Source: Eubacteriales bacterium | Lineage (GTDB): Bacteria > Bacillota > Clostridia > Tissierellales > Dethiosulfatibacteraceae | DNA: 64,000 bases | Reading direction: 5' to 3' | NCBI GenBank assembly: GCA_030694905.1 | Contig: JAUYTY010000211.1 | Location: 3,652 to 67,651 of the forward strand | In this document: positions 18,561 to 27,020 of the stretch, one piece after another | Layout: every line of letters begins with the position of its first letter | How positions within the stretch are numbered: the stretch's first letter is position 1 | Made by a program: the position numbers and the translations under genes | Notes under the pieces: generated by a model | The model's input: only the letters and a program-made list of their open reading frames with translations | What the model was told of the DNA's origin: nothing | The model's database searches: none

Positions 18561-19958
18561 CTATTTGGCCAATTCGTAGATAGCCTTAGCGTATATTTTG
18601 GTTGCTTTTATGATGCTGTCGATGTTGACATACTCATCGGCATCATGTGCCACCTGCCTCTCTCCTGGAAACAATGGACCAAACGCCACCGCATTGCTAA
18701 GTGTTCTGGCATAGGTGCCTCCCGTCATGGTAACCGGCTCTGCGGTTATGTCGCCTGTTTCTTCTTTATAGACGCTCATAAGTTTCTTTACCAAAAAGCT
18801 GTCCTTATCAATATAATGTGCCTTGGAATGATTGCTGATTCGTATTGAAGCATCATGGTCACTGAAATTTTCTCTTATCTTATCTATTATGTTGGTGTGG
18901 CAAACTGTTATCGGATATCTGATATGTACTTTCATCTCCAATGTGTTGTTCTCATAATTGATGATTCCCGGATTGAATGTCAGTGGTGTTGATATGGAAT
19001 CAGTAAAATCGCACCCTAGTCTTTCACCGCTGTAATCCTCGCCTATCTTTTTATTGTACTCGTCAATAAATATCTTAAGCTCCTCTTCCAATCCATCAAT
19101 GCCGCCTAAAACGGACAGCATTCCGGCAATTGCATTCTTTCCATCTTGAGGGTTTGTCGCATACGCTTCCTTGCCCACTATCTCGATCTTCAGCAATCCT
19201 TCTTTCTTGTCAAAGGAGTAGGATGAACTGAATGCGCTATCCAGATTTTTCATTTCGTTCAGTATAGCCTCTTTGATGTGATCATTGACAGAAAGTACCG
19301 CTTCGCACTGGTGAGCAACTTTTTTGACTAAAGTGCCTCCCTTAATGCTTTTTAGGATATCGCTTCCCAGCGGAGCGCTGATTGTTTTTTCAAATGACAG
19401 CTCAAGAATTCCTTTCTCTCCATAGACAACCGGGAATGGCGCATCGGGAGAAAAAGCCACGTCCGGTTCTTTTTCTTTAGTCAGGTAGTATGGAATGTCT
19501 TTCATACCCGTTTCTTCGTTGGCCCCGAATATTATCCTGACCTTCTTGTTTGTTTTAAGTCCGGATTCTTTAAGTGCCTTCAATGCGTAAAGAGAACCAA
19601 TGCAAGCTCCTTTGTCATCGTATGAACCCCTTCCGTATATCTTACCGTCCACGATTTCGCCTGAATAGGGCGGATAGGTCCAGCCACTGCCTTCGGGGAC
19701 GACATCCACATGTACGAGTACGCCGACGATCTCATCGCCATTGCCATATTCGACATGTCCTGCGTAGCCATCGAAATTTTTTGATTCAAAGCCCAAGCTT
19801 TTAGCTAGTTCCAACACATATTCCAGCGCTCTGTACGGACCCTCTCCAAATGGCTTTCCCGTTTTGGGCTCCTCTTGAACGCTTTTGATCTGAACCAGCT
19901 TTTGGATATGGCGTATTATCTCATTCTTATCATTATCAATTGATTGCTTAAAAACCAT
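18561..19958 (-). CDS. pepV: M20 dipeptidase, PepV-like
   Basis: 465 aa. VLVHVDVVPEG...WTYPPY...GKIYGRGSYDDKG is characteristic of PepV/Sapep-type dipeptidases. Confidence 0.75.
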   Translation of the reverse strand: MVFKQSIDNDKNEIIRHIQKLVQIKSVQEEPKTGKPFGEGPYRALEYVLELAKSLGFESKNFDGYAGHVEYGNGDEIVGVLVHVDVVPEGSGWTYPPYSGEIVDGKIYGRGSYDDKGACIGSLYALKALKESGLKTNKKVRIIFGANEETGMKDIPYYLTKEKEPDVAFSPDAPFPVVYGEKGILELSFEKTISAPLGSDILKSIKGGTLVKKVAHQCEAVLSVNDHIKEAILNEMKNLDSAFSSSYSFDKKEGLLKIEIVGKEAYATNPQDGKNAIAGMLSVLGGIDGLEEELKIFIDEYNKKIGEDYSGERLGCDFTDSISTPLTFNPGIINYENNTLEMKVHIRYPITVCHTNIIDKIRENFSDHDASIRISNHSKAHYIDKDSFLVKKLMSVYKEETGDITAEPVTMTGGTYARTLSNAVAFGPLFPGERQVAHDADEYVNIDSIIKATKIYAKAIYELAK

Positions 19959-19969
19959 ATTATACTCCT

Positions 19970-21220
19970 TTATCTGATAACTATGATCTCCGTTTGCCTG
20001 CCATCGAGAAAATCAACCCTGCCTTGAGTGAATGCGACTGTCTGCTCCAGAAACATATAGACATCTTGTTGGTCCCATTCCGGAACTTTTCTGGAGATGT
20101 TTAGCTCCAATGCATAGCATGTGTCTGCATATAGCTTGTAATGGCCTCTTTCAGGCAGTATGTCCTGCTGGTCCCACATGCCGATGATAGTCCCGGCACC
20201 ATGACCGTGAAACCCTATGGGGTGTGTGTATAATCTGGCGTCGATGTTTTCCGATTTCGCTTGTTCTATGGAAGCGGTAAATATCTCATTTCCGGATCTG
20301 CCTTCCCTGAAATTTTCACAGACTATATCCTGAAATCTGTTGCCTGTTTTCATGGCTTCCTGGATTCCCTCTGGTATTTTGTCCTCACCCGGCTTCAGCA
20401 CATAGGCCATTCTTTGGGTGTCAGTCTTCAACCCCAGATAATCCAGCCCCACATCACATCTCAGCAGATCGCCAGGTTCTATGACAGCCTTATTGAGTCT
20501 ATTGTTGGGCTCTCCTTGTCTCTGAAGATCGACATCGAATGGAAACCATGGCCTCAGGCCCAACGATTTGACCTTTTCCATCATCCACCATTCCACATCG
20601 GTTGTGGTCGTAATGCCTGGTTTAACAATCTTACCCGAAAAAGCTTCCTCGATAATGCTGTGAATGATATGGTTTATCTCGGGATAGATTTCAAGTTCTT
20701 TTTGTGATCTTTTTTCCAGCCATCCAATTGCCAGATCCTGAGCACTGACAATTTTTTCTTTGATATCATCCTCAATGCTGTTGAACAGCTCTTCATGCAG
20801 ATATTGGGTCAGTCCATCAGCAAGGGCAATGTTTTTAGAAGTGTTGATTCCAATTCTTTTTGGATTTCTTTCTTTTATGATGCGGTTGATGCATTCCCAT
20901 TGCGTTTCATTTGCCTTGTCCCACATAGGCTGATAATAGGGCGTAAAAGCTGAGCTGATAGAAGGAAATAAACTAAGACAATCCACTTCTTTGTCATCCT
21001 TTAAAATAAATAGGATTCCCGTCAGTCTTGATGCGTTCATGGCTGGTGCCGGGAAAAGACTTTCCATGACAGGATCCTCATTGTATTCCCTGCCAAGTAT
21101 GATCCACATATCGATTTCGGTCTTTTGCATCAATTCGGGCAATATGTGTTTAAGTCTGTGCTGTAACCAATCATTCTTCATGTCTGCTTGTTTTGAAAGT
21201 GGCAGTATTTTATTCTTCAT
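19970..21220 (-). CDS. M24 family metallopeptidase (creatinase/prolidase fold), paralog B
   Basis: 416 aa with LLRCDVGLDYLGLKTD and HPIGFHGHGAG motifs. Confidence 0.7.
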   Translation of the reverse strand: MKNKILPLSKQADMKNDWLQHRLKHILPELMQKTEIDMWIILGREYNEDPVMESLFPAPAMNASRLTGILFILKDDKEVDCLSLFPSISSAFTPYYQPMWDKANETQWECINRIIKERNPKRIGINTSKNIALADGLTQYLHEELFNSIEDDIKEKIVSAQDLAIGWLEKRSQKELEIYPEINHIIHSIIEEAFSGKIVKPGITTTTDVEWWMMEKVKSLGLRPWFPFDVDLQRQGEPNNRLNKAVIEPGDLLRCDVGLDYLGLKTDTQRMAYVLKPGEDKIPEGIQEAMKTGNRFQDIVCENFREGRSGNEIFTASIEQAKSENIDARLYTHPIGFHGHGAGTIIGMWDQQDILPERGHYKLYADTCYALELNISRKVPEWDQQDVYMFLEQTVAFTQGRVDFLDGRQTEIIVIR

Positions 21221-21242
21221 GGCATCATCGACTCACCTTTCA

Positions 21243-21264
21243 TTATTATATTGTAATTATATTA
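21243..21264. promoter_or_regulatory. AT-rich 22-nt motif copy 1 (TTATTATATTGTAATTATATTA), upstream of the peptidase/transporter operon
   Basis: Near-identical to 22057..22078, which lies upstream of the GntR gene. Candidate shared promoter or GntR operator. Confidence 0.35.
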
Positions 21265-21399
21265 TTGATATATCACATAATGGCATAAATGCTGTTGATT
21301 ATTTTCTCACGACTTGATCTTATTATTGTGTCGAAGTGCATGAGTTTATATCTGTTTGTTTTATTTTTAACAAGTTAATGCATAAAAAATTATCTTATA

Positions 21400-22023
21400 T
21401 CAGATTTGAACCTTCAGGAATTTGTCTCTAAATGTCTCCACATGATGTCTCAACAATTCTGAAGTGGTTTGTTCGTCCTGATCCTGTATCGCTTCATATA
21501 TTTTTTCATATTCTTCAGTTATATGATCATCGATGCTATTGATTTCTTCTCTGTTTAAAAAGAGCAACCTTATGCTTAAATCCAGCGTTCGGTTCATTGT
21601 TTCTTCCAAAAATCTGTTCTTCGTCATTTTTGATACTGCTAAGTGAAACTCTCTGTCCATCATTATTCTTTCTTCGTCATGTTCTTCATTTTTGATTCGA
21701 TTGATGATGTCAGACAGTTGATTCAGCTCATTAATTGTCCTTCTTTTGGATGCCAGTTCACCTTCAAGTGTTGATAACGAGTATCTGATTTGAAATATCG
21801 ATTCCATGTCCTTGATCGACAGTTCGCTAACCATGATACATTGTCTAGGTATGATCCTTACTTGTCCTTCCCATGACAGTTTGATAAGCGCTTCCCTAAT
21901 AGGCGTTCTGCCAATATTCAGCTTTTTCATCAGATCGTTGTCAAATATAACCTCTCCCGGTTTTAGCTCGGTTCTAATTATCATCTGTTTTATTTGTTTA
22001 TAGACAATCTCGCTATTTTTCAA
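21400..22023 (-). CDS. GntR family transcriptional regulator (FadR/FCD-type C-terminal domain)
   Basis: 207 aa with an N-terminal wHTH (GRTPIREALIKL). TTG start 5 nt after GGAGAA. Confidence 0.8.
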   Translation of the reverse strand: MKNSEIVYKQIKQMIIRTELKPGEVIFDNDLMKKLNIGRTPIREALIKLSWEGQVRIIPRQCIMVSELSIKDMESIFQIRYSLSTLEGELASKRRTINELNQLSDIINRIKNEEHDEERIMMDREFHLAVSKMTKNRFLEETMNRTLDLSIRLLFLNREEINSIDDHITEEYEKIYEAIQDQDEQTTSELLRHHVETFRDKFLKVQI

Positions 22024-22056
22024 GGTTATTCTCCTAAAACTTTTATAGTTATACTG

Positions 22057-22078
22057 TTATTATATTTGTAATATATTA
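22057..22078. promoter_or_regulatory. AT-rich 22-nt motif copy 2 (TTATTATATTTGTAATATATTA), upstream of the GntR gene
   Basis: See 21243..21264. Confidence 0.35.
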
Positions 22079-22135
22079 CTAATATAATAAACTAAATAAT
22101 ATTTAATTTCAATCTATTTTTAAAAAATAATCAAT

Positions 22136-22184
22136 AAAAAAAAGGTGCATTTTATAGCCTGTTGATTGAGCTATTAAATGCACC
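22136..22184 (-). terminator. Rho-independent terminator of trpB
   Basis: Minus strand reads GGTGCATTTAATAGC-loop-GCTATAAAATGCACC followed by TTTTTTTT. Confidence 0.8.
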
Positions 22185-22193
22185 CATATGGGT

Positions 22194-23369
22194 CTAAGCA
22201 CCCATCATATCCCTAACCTGAGCCACGTCCTTGTCGCCTCTGCCTGATAAGTTGACAATAATAATTTGATCCTTTTCTGTTTGTTTAGCCAGCTTCATGG
22301 CATGTGCTACGGCATGTGCGCTTTCAAGAGCCGGTATGATTCCCTCAACCTTAGATAGTTCATAGAATGCTTCCAGCGCCTCGTCATCTGTCACTGATGT
22401 ATATTGTCCCCTTCCGCTCTCATTGTAGAATGAGTGCTCAGGTCCAACCCCAGGATAATCCAAACCGGCAGCGATTGAATGTACCGGCAATGGTTCACCG
22501 TTTTTATCCTGTAGGGTATAGCATTTGAAGCCGTGAATGATTCCCGGAGATCCAAGGGTGATGGATGCCGCGTGATCCGGTGTGTCCAATCCCTTTCCCG
22601 CAGGCTCGACGCCCACTATTTTCACGCCTTTGTCTTCATAGAATGGGTGAAACAATCCAATGGCATTGCTGCCGCCACCGACACATGCCACCAAATAATC
22701 AGGCAGTCTGCCTTCCTGTTCCAATATCTGAGCCCTCGCTTCTATTCCGATGATACTTTGAAACTCTCTAACCATAACCGGGTAGGGATGAGGACCGACT
22801 GCAGATCCCAGCAGATAATAAGTATCATCGGCGTGTTGCACAAAGTCCATAAGTGCTGCGTCCACAGCATCCTTGAGTGTTTTCGTTCCTGTGGTGACAG
22901 GAACAACCTCGGCTCCCAACAGATTCATCCTGAATACATTCAGCTCCTGTCTTTTTGTATCGATTTCTCCCATGTAGATGATGCATTCCATACCGAACAT
23001 GGCACAGACAGTAGCTGTCGCCACGCCGTGCTGGCCTGCTCCAGTCTCAGCGATAATCCTTTTCTTGCCCATTCTTTTAGCCAGCAGCACCTGGCCGATT
23101 GTGTTGTTGATCTTATGTGCCCCTGTGTGGTTCAAGTCTTCTCGTTTCAAATAGATCTTTGCACCGCCGATCTTATCTGACAACCTCTCTGCAAAATAAA
23201 GCGGATTGGGCCTTCCAGTGTATTGTCTGTGGTAGTACATAAGTTCCTCTTTAAACTCAGGCTCTTCTATATAGCGATAGAAGTTGTCTGCCACCTCATC
23301 CAAAACCGCCTTCAAAACCTCTGGTACATACGTACCACCAAATTGACCAAAAAACTCTTTTCTTTCCAT
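22194..23369 (-). CDS. trpB: Tryptophan synthase beta chain
   Basis: 391 aa. [17 protein letters not shown] (PLP lysine) and GGGSNAIG motifs. Confidence 0.95.
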   Translation of the reverse strand: MERKEFFGQFGGTYVPEVLKAVLDEVADNFYRYIEEPEFKEELMYYHRQYTGRPNPLYFAERLSDKIGGAKIYLKREDLNHTGAHKINNTIGQVLLAKRMGKKRIIAETGAGQHGVATATVCAMFGMECIIYMGEIDTKRQELNVFRMNLLGAEVVPVTTGTKTLKDAVDAALMDFVQHADDTYYLLGSAVGPHPYPVMVREFQSIIGIEARAQILEQEGRLPDYLVACVGGGSNAIGLFHPFYEDKGVKIVGVEPAGKGLDTPDHAASITLGSPGIIHGFKCYTLQDKNGEPLPVHSIAAGLDYPGVGPEHSFYNESGRGQYTSVTDDEALEAFYELSKVEGIIPALESAHAVAHAMKLAKQTEKDQIIIVNLSGRGDKDVAQVRDMMGA

Positions 23370-23414
23370 TTTTGTTTCCTCCTTAGATTTAAGCGGAGAG
23401 TCGAGAAAGGGACA

Positions 23415-23690
23415 TTAAAAAATCCCCTATCCATAGAAACTATGGATAGAGGACGAATAATCGCGGTGCCACCTCTTTTAATCTTATAAAAAGATTATCT
23501 CTTTCAGATACGGGAAAATTCCGATATCCTATCTCTGTAACGGGAGAATCCCGGGCTTTCCTACTGTTACTTCAGAAGCCGCTCATAAGTCCATTCAATT
23601 ATTCTCGAACCATCGGATTTCCACCAGTACCGACTCTCTATCAATTCTCCGAACAATCTACTACTCTTACTCAACGCTTTTTGTTTGATT
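23415..23690 (-). promoter_or_regulatory. T-box riboswitch leader, tryptophan-specific (specifier UGG)
   Basis: Read on the minus strand. AGAGA box, GAAUGGA specifier loop (UGG = rc of 23591..23593), T-box sequence AGAGGTGGCACCGCG (rc of about 23461..23476). Terminator CCTCTATCCATAG-TTT-CTATGGATAGGGG plus TTTTTT at 23417..23453. Confidence 0.9.
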
Positions 23691-23697
23691 GTAACAG

Positions 23698-23726
23698 ATT
23701 ATAGTGAATAATCAAGCAGTTGTCAA
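23698..23726 (-). promoter_or_regulatory. Consensus sigma-A promoter for the T-box/trpB transcript
   Basis: Minus strand: TTGACA - 17 nt - TATAAT. Confidence 0.7.
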
Positions 23727-23764
23727 GTAGAAACTTGGTGATATGTTGTTAACTTGTGATAAAT

Positions 23765-23792
23765 TTGACTTTTATGTCAATTAATCTATAAT
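23765..23792 (+). promoter_or_regulatory. Sigma-A-like promoter for the corrinoid activase operon
   Basis: TTGACT - 16 nt - TATAAT, about 40 nt upstream of the ATG at 23834. Confidence 0.55.
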
Positions 23793-23833
23793 CTAAATAG
23801 AAACCACCATTTTGATTTGATAGGGAGTAAATT

Positions 23834-25591
23834 ATGAAACCTTGCGAAATATTTTTTAACCACAGCAACAGCATATGGACCGTTCCGGAGAACACCCTTA
23901 TATCTGAAGCGTGCTCGAGGGCTGGCTATCCGCTTGATCTGGTATGTGGCGGGAAAGGTACCTGTGGAAAATGTATGGTTACAATCAGAAGAGATGGCAT
24001 AAAAGAAAACGTGCTTGCCTGCACCACAAGAATTATAGAGGACATTTCCATTTATCTGACTGATGAGCAGATCAGCAAGGAGGCCCAGATCCTTGGTTCG
24101 GGAGGGAAATCATTTTATTTCAGCCCTGCTATCCGTAAAATCCATCTTAATCAAGAGCAGTTGATTCCACAAAGCTATGGATCATTCATGGAACAGATCG
24201 GGAGTAAATTGGATATGACTTTCAACTATGAAGCCGTGAGTAAAATCGCAGAGATAATAGCAGAAAACCTATCAGAAGGGTTGACGCTAATAGTGGACAG
24301 TGAAACTGCATTAGATGTGCAGATCGGTGACACCTCTTCTTCTCTATATGGATTGGCTGTTGATATAGGCACAACTTCAGTCGTCGGATACCTTTATGAT
24401 CTGACCAATGGCATACTGCTGGGAACCTACTCCAGTCTTAATGACCAGATCGAGAGAGGGGCTGATGTCATCAGTCGAATCATGCATTGCAACCTATCCG
24501 ATAACGGAACCCAAGAGCTACATGATAAGATTATCAACACAATCAACCGTCTGATTGACAAGGCGGAAAATGAACATCATGATGTGAAATCAAATTTGTT
24601 CAATATTGTCTTATGTGGCAACAGCACCATGCAGCATCTCTTTCATGGATTCAACCCCGGTTCTCTAGGGCAATATCCCTTTGTCTCGATTCACGGAGAC
24701 GCATTGAAATCCAAGGGCGCTGACTATGGACTTAAGTGCCCTGCTACCTGCAGTATTGTTTTTTTGCCATTGCTGGGCGGTTTTGTCGGCGCTGATACAT
24801 TGGCGGTTTTACTGACAACCAACAAGGATAGGAAAAAAAGACTAGTGATTGATTTAGGCACAAATGGCGAAATTGCCGTCGGCAATACCGATTTGTACTA
24901 TGTGGCCTCTACAGCCTGCGGACCTGCATTGGAAGGTGCGGGAATAACTTTTGGCATGAGAGGTACGCTCGGTGCCATCGAACGCTTTGAAATGTTAAAT
25001 GACGGGATTCATTACAATGTTGTCGGAAATAGCAAACCGGCTGGGATATGTGGCTCAGGCATAGTTGATATTGTTGCTGAATTATTGAGACAGGGACTGA
25101 TTGACAAAACCGGTAAAATGAACAAAAAATCAGATCTGATTTCAGATTTTAATGGCATTGCCGCTTTCATGGTGGTGTCATCGGAAAATAGTCTTAATGG
25201 CATAGGTATTTATGTTACACAAAAGGACATCAGACAGATACAACTGGCCAAGAGCGCCATCAAGACGGGTTGCCTGATGCTGCTGGAGAAATATGGAATT
25301 GAGGGGCATGAACTGGATGAAATACTGCTTTCCGGTGCCTTTGGCAATTATATCAACGTCAAGAATGCGGAGTATATTGGCCTGATTCCAAAATTTGAGG
25401 GCGTGCCGGTTATTTCGATAGGCAACGGTGCCGGAACAGGTGTCCAGAAGTATCTGCTGGATAAGGACCAATCATCTGTCAGCCAAGTGGTCAAGAAAAA
25501 TACAAGGCACGTGGAGCTTGCCTCAGATCCGCAGTTCCAGACCATATACATCGCAAACATGTCTTTTGGAGGTTCTGGCAATGAAAGCTAG
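23834..25591 (+). CDS. Reductive activator of corrinoid proteins (RACo/AcsV/RamA-like; 2Fe-2S ferredoxin domain plus ASKHA ATPase, DUF4445)
   Basis: 585 aa. N-terminal plant-type ferredoxin motif CGGKGTCGKCMV...C, then ASKHA-type DIGTTS and DLGTNGE motifs. Confidence 0.8.
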   Translation: MKPCEIFFNHSNSIWTVPENTLISEACSRAGYPLDLVCGGKGTCGKCMVTIRRDGIKENVLACTTRIIEDISIYLTDEQISKEAQILGSGGKSFYFSPAIRKIHLNQEQLIPQSYGSFMEQIGSKLDMTFNYEAVSKIAEIIAENLSEGLTLIVDSETALDVQIGDTSSSLYGLAVDIGTTSVVGYLYDLTNGILLGTYSSLNDQIERGADVISRIMHCNLSDNGTQELHDKIINTINRLIDKAENEHHDVKSNLFNIVLCGNSTMQHLFHGFNPGSLGQYPFVSIHGDALKSKGADYGLKCPATCSIVFLPLLGGFVGADTLAVLLTTNKDRKKRLVIDLGTNGEIAVGNTDLYYVASTACGPALEGAGITFGMRGTLGAIERFEMLNDGIHYNVVGNSKPAGICGSGIVDIVAELLRQGLIDKTGKMNKKSDLISDFNGIAAFMVVSSENSLNGIGIYVTQKDIRQIQLAKSAIKTGCLMLLEKYGIEGHELDEILLSGAFGNYINVKNAEYIGLIPKFEGVPVISIGNGAGTGVQKYLLDKDQSSVSQVVKKNTRHVELASDPQFQTIYIANMSFGGSGNES

Positions 25592-26213
25592 TTTTATTCC
25601 CGTTCTGCAAATCAACAAGCCTCTGGTTCTTGAGAGAATACGGGTTAATGAATCATCACGGATTTATAAGAAAGTGAATGAGCTTTATGATGGATTGATT
25701 CCTTTGATTGAAAAGTTGGTTGATTATCAGGCGGTATTTGCAGTTGAGGACAATTGTTTTGGATTTGAGCAACCGCCACTTTCGGATTGTGATAAGATTG
25801 TCTTTTGCTATGTTACCATAGGCGATAAGGTTTGCCTGGAGGTTAGTCGAATGTTTGAAAATGGCCAGTTGTTGGAGGGATATCTTCTGAATGAAATGAC
25901 TAATGAGGTTGTCATGGATGCCACCAATCAGCTATACAGGCAGATAAAAAGCCTATTGAAACCAATAGGCCTTAATTTGAGCAAGCGGTTTTCTCCGGGA
26001 GAATGCACATTGGATATGACTTACCAATCACTGATCATGGATGAGCTAAAAAAGTCATTTGAAATCAGAGGCACTCTAACCAGCGCTTATATGATCGATC
26101 CCGAAAAATCCACTCTCTATGTGTATGGAGCTGATCCGAAACAACCTGACTCTGATGTGGATTTTGACTGTTCATCCTGTCCGTCGGAAAACTGTCCTTA
26201 TAGACGCAAGTGA
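25581..26213 (+). CDS. Methionine-synthase (MetH) activation-domain-like protein
   Basis: Start set to ATG 25581 (MKASFIPVLQ), which overlaps the activase stop. An FSPGE motif lies in the position of the SPGYG motif of Met_synt_B12-type domains. C-terminal CSSCPSENCPY. Confidence 0.55.
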   Translation: MKASFIPVLQINKPLVLERIRVNESSRIYKKVNELYDGLIPLIEKLVDYQAVFAVEDNCFGFEQPPLSDCDKIVFCYVTIGDKVCLEVSRMFENGQLLEGYLLNEMTNEVVMDATNQLYRQIKSLLKPIGLNLSKRFSPGECTLDMTYQSLIMDELKKSFEIRGTLTSAYMIDPEKSTLYVYGADPKQPDSDVDFDCSSCPSENCPYRRK

Positions 26214-26217
26214 TTCT

Positions 26218-26859
26218 CTAACCAAAATAGGTATTGAATAGTTTCTTGACATAGACAGAGTCGAAGTACTCTGTCTCTTTATATGCGGTTTCCGCATCTT
26301 TGTTTTTGATTGACATTGCTATGCTGTTTAATGACTGGGCATGCCACTTGGGGTTCTCGCAGACATATTGTATATATCTTAGGAATCGGACGATAATGTT
26401 GTTCCAGTCTTCCAGTGTATCTCTTAGCAGCTCATTTCTGCAGTTATCCCTGATGATTCTAAAAAATTCATAATCGGCTTCGATATACTTGAGATAATCG
26501 CTGCTGCCCAGATAGGTGTCCATTTCTGCGGAGATTTCTAAAAGCCTTTCGACTTCCTTTTCTGAGGCAAACTCAGCCGTCAGCTCAGCCGCAAATGCCT
26601 CTAGCTTCTTTTTAACCTGATAGGCGTTTTTAACTTCTTTGATGTCAATTTGTGTCACATAAGTGCCTATTCTGGGAATCATATTGATCATGGATTTATT
26701 GGATAATCGCAAAAGGGCTTCCCTAACAGGGGTTCTGCTGATATTGAACTCCTCTGCAATTTTCTTTTCTTCAATAATATCGCCGGGCTTGTATTCCAGA
26801 TTCAAAATTCTCTGGTTGATTATATTGTAGATTTTCTCATTTGTATTTGTGTTTTCCAT
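26218..26859 (-). CDS. GntR family transcriptional regulator (FCD domain)
   Basis: 213 aa with wHTH SRTPVREALLRL. Confidence 0.8.
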   Translation of the reverse strand: MENTNTNEKIYNIINQRILNLEYKPGDIIEEKKIAEEFNISRTPVREALLRLSNKSMINMIPRIGTYVTQIDIKEVKNAYQVKKKLEAFAAELTAEFASEKEVERLLEISAEMDTYLGSSDYLKYIEADYEFFRIIRDNCRNELLRDTLEDWNNIIVRFLRYIQYVCENPKWHAQSLNSIAMSIKNKDAETAYKETEYFDSVYVKKLFNTYFG

Positions 26860-27020
26860 CCCGCCTCCATGGTTTCGGTTGATATATTACTGCTATTAAT
26901 AGTATATAACGACGATATATTTATTACAATGATTTAGTTAAAGGAAATAAATTTGCATTGTCTATTATCGGATGCTAAGATTACTCTAAAGATAAGCGCG
27001 ATTTCAATAGGAGGGAATCC

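Noticed and set aside
22533-23180. A long antisense ORF (215 aa) inside trpB. Similar antisense or alternative-frame ORFs of 60-160 aa occur inside other genes: 17250..17651, 20261..20707, 27063..27602, 28875..29372, 37458..37937, 38052..38495, 41176..41553, 55416..55880, 56604..56960 and 5562..5783.
   Set aside because: Each lies opposite to, or in another frame of, a gene with clear family motifs. They lack RBSs and have odd compositions (Cys/His/Arg- or Ser/Leu/Phe-rich) typical of non-coding frames.
25428-25580. The track start of the ORF at 25428..26213, which overlaps the last 160 nt of the corrinoid activase gene.
   Set aside because: The overlapping part is in an alternative frame of a well-supported gene. 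The in-frame ATG at 25581 overlaps the activase stop in a typical coupled arrangement.
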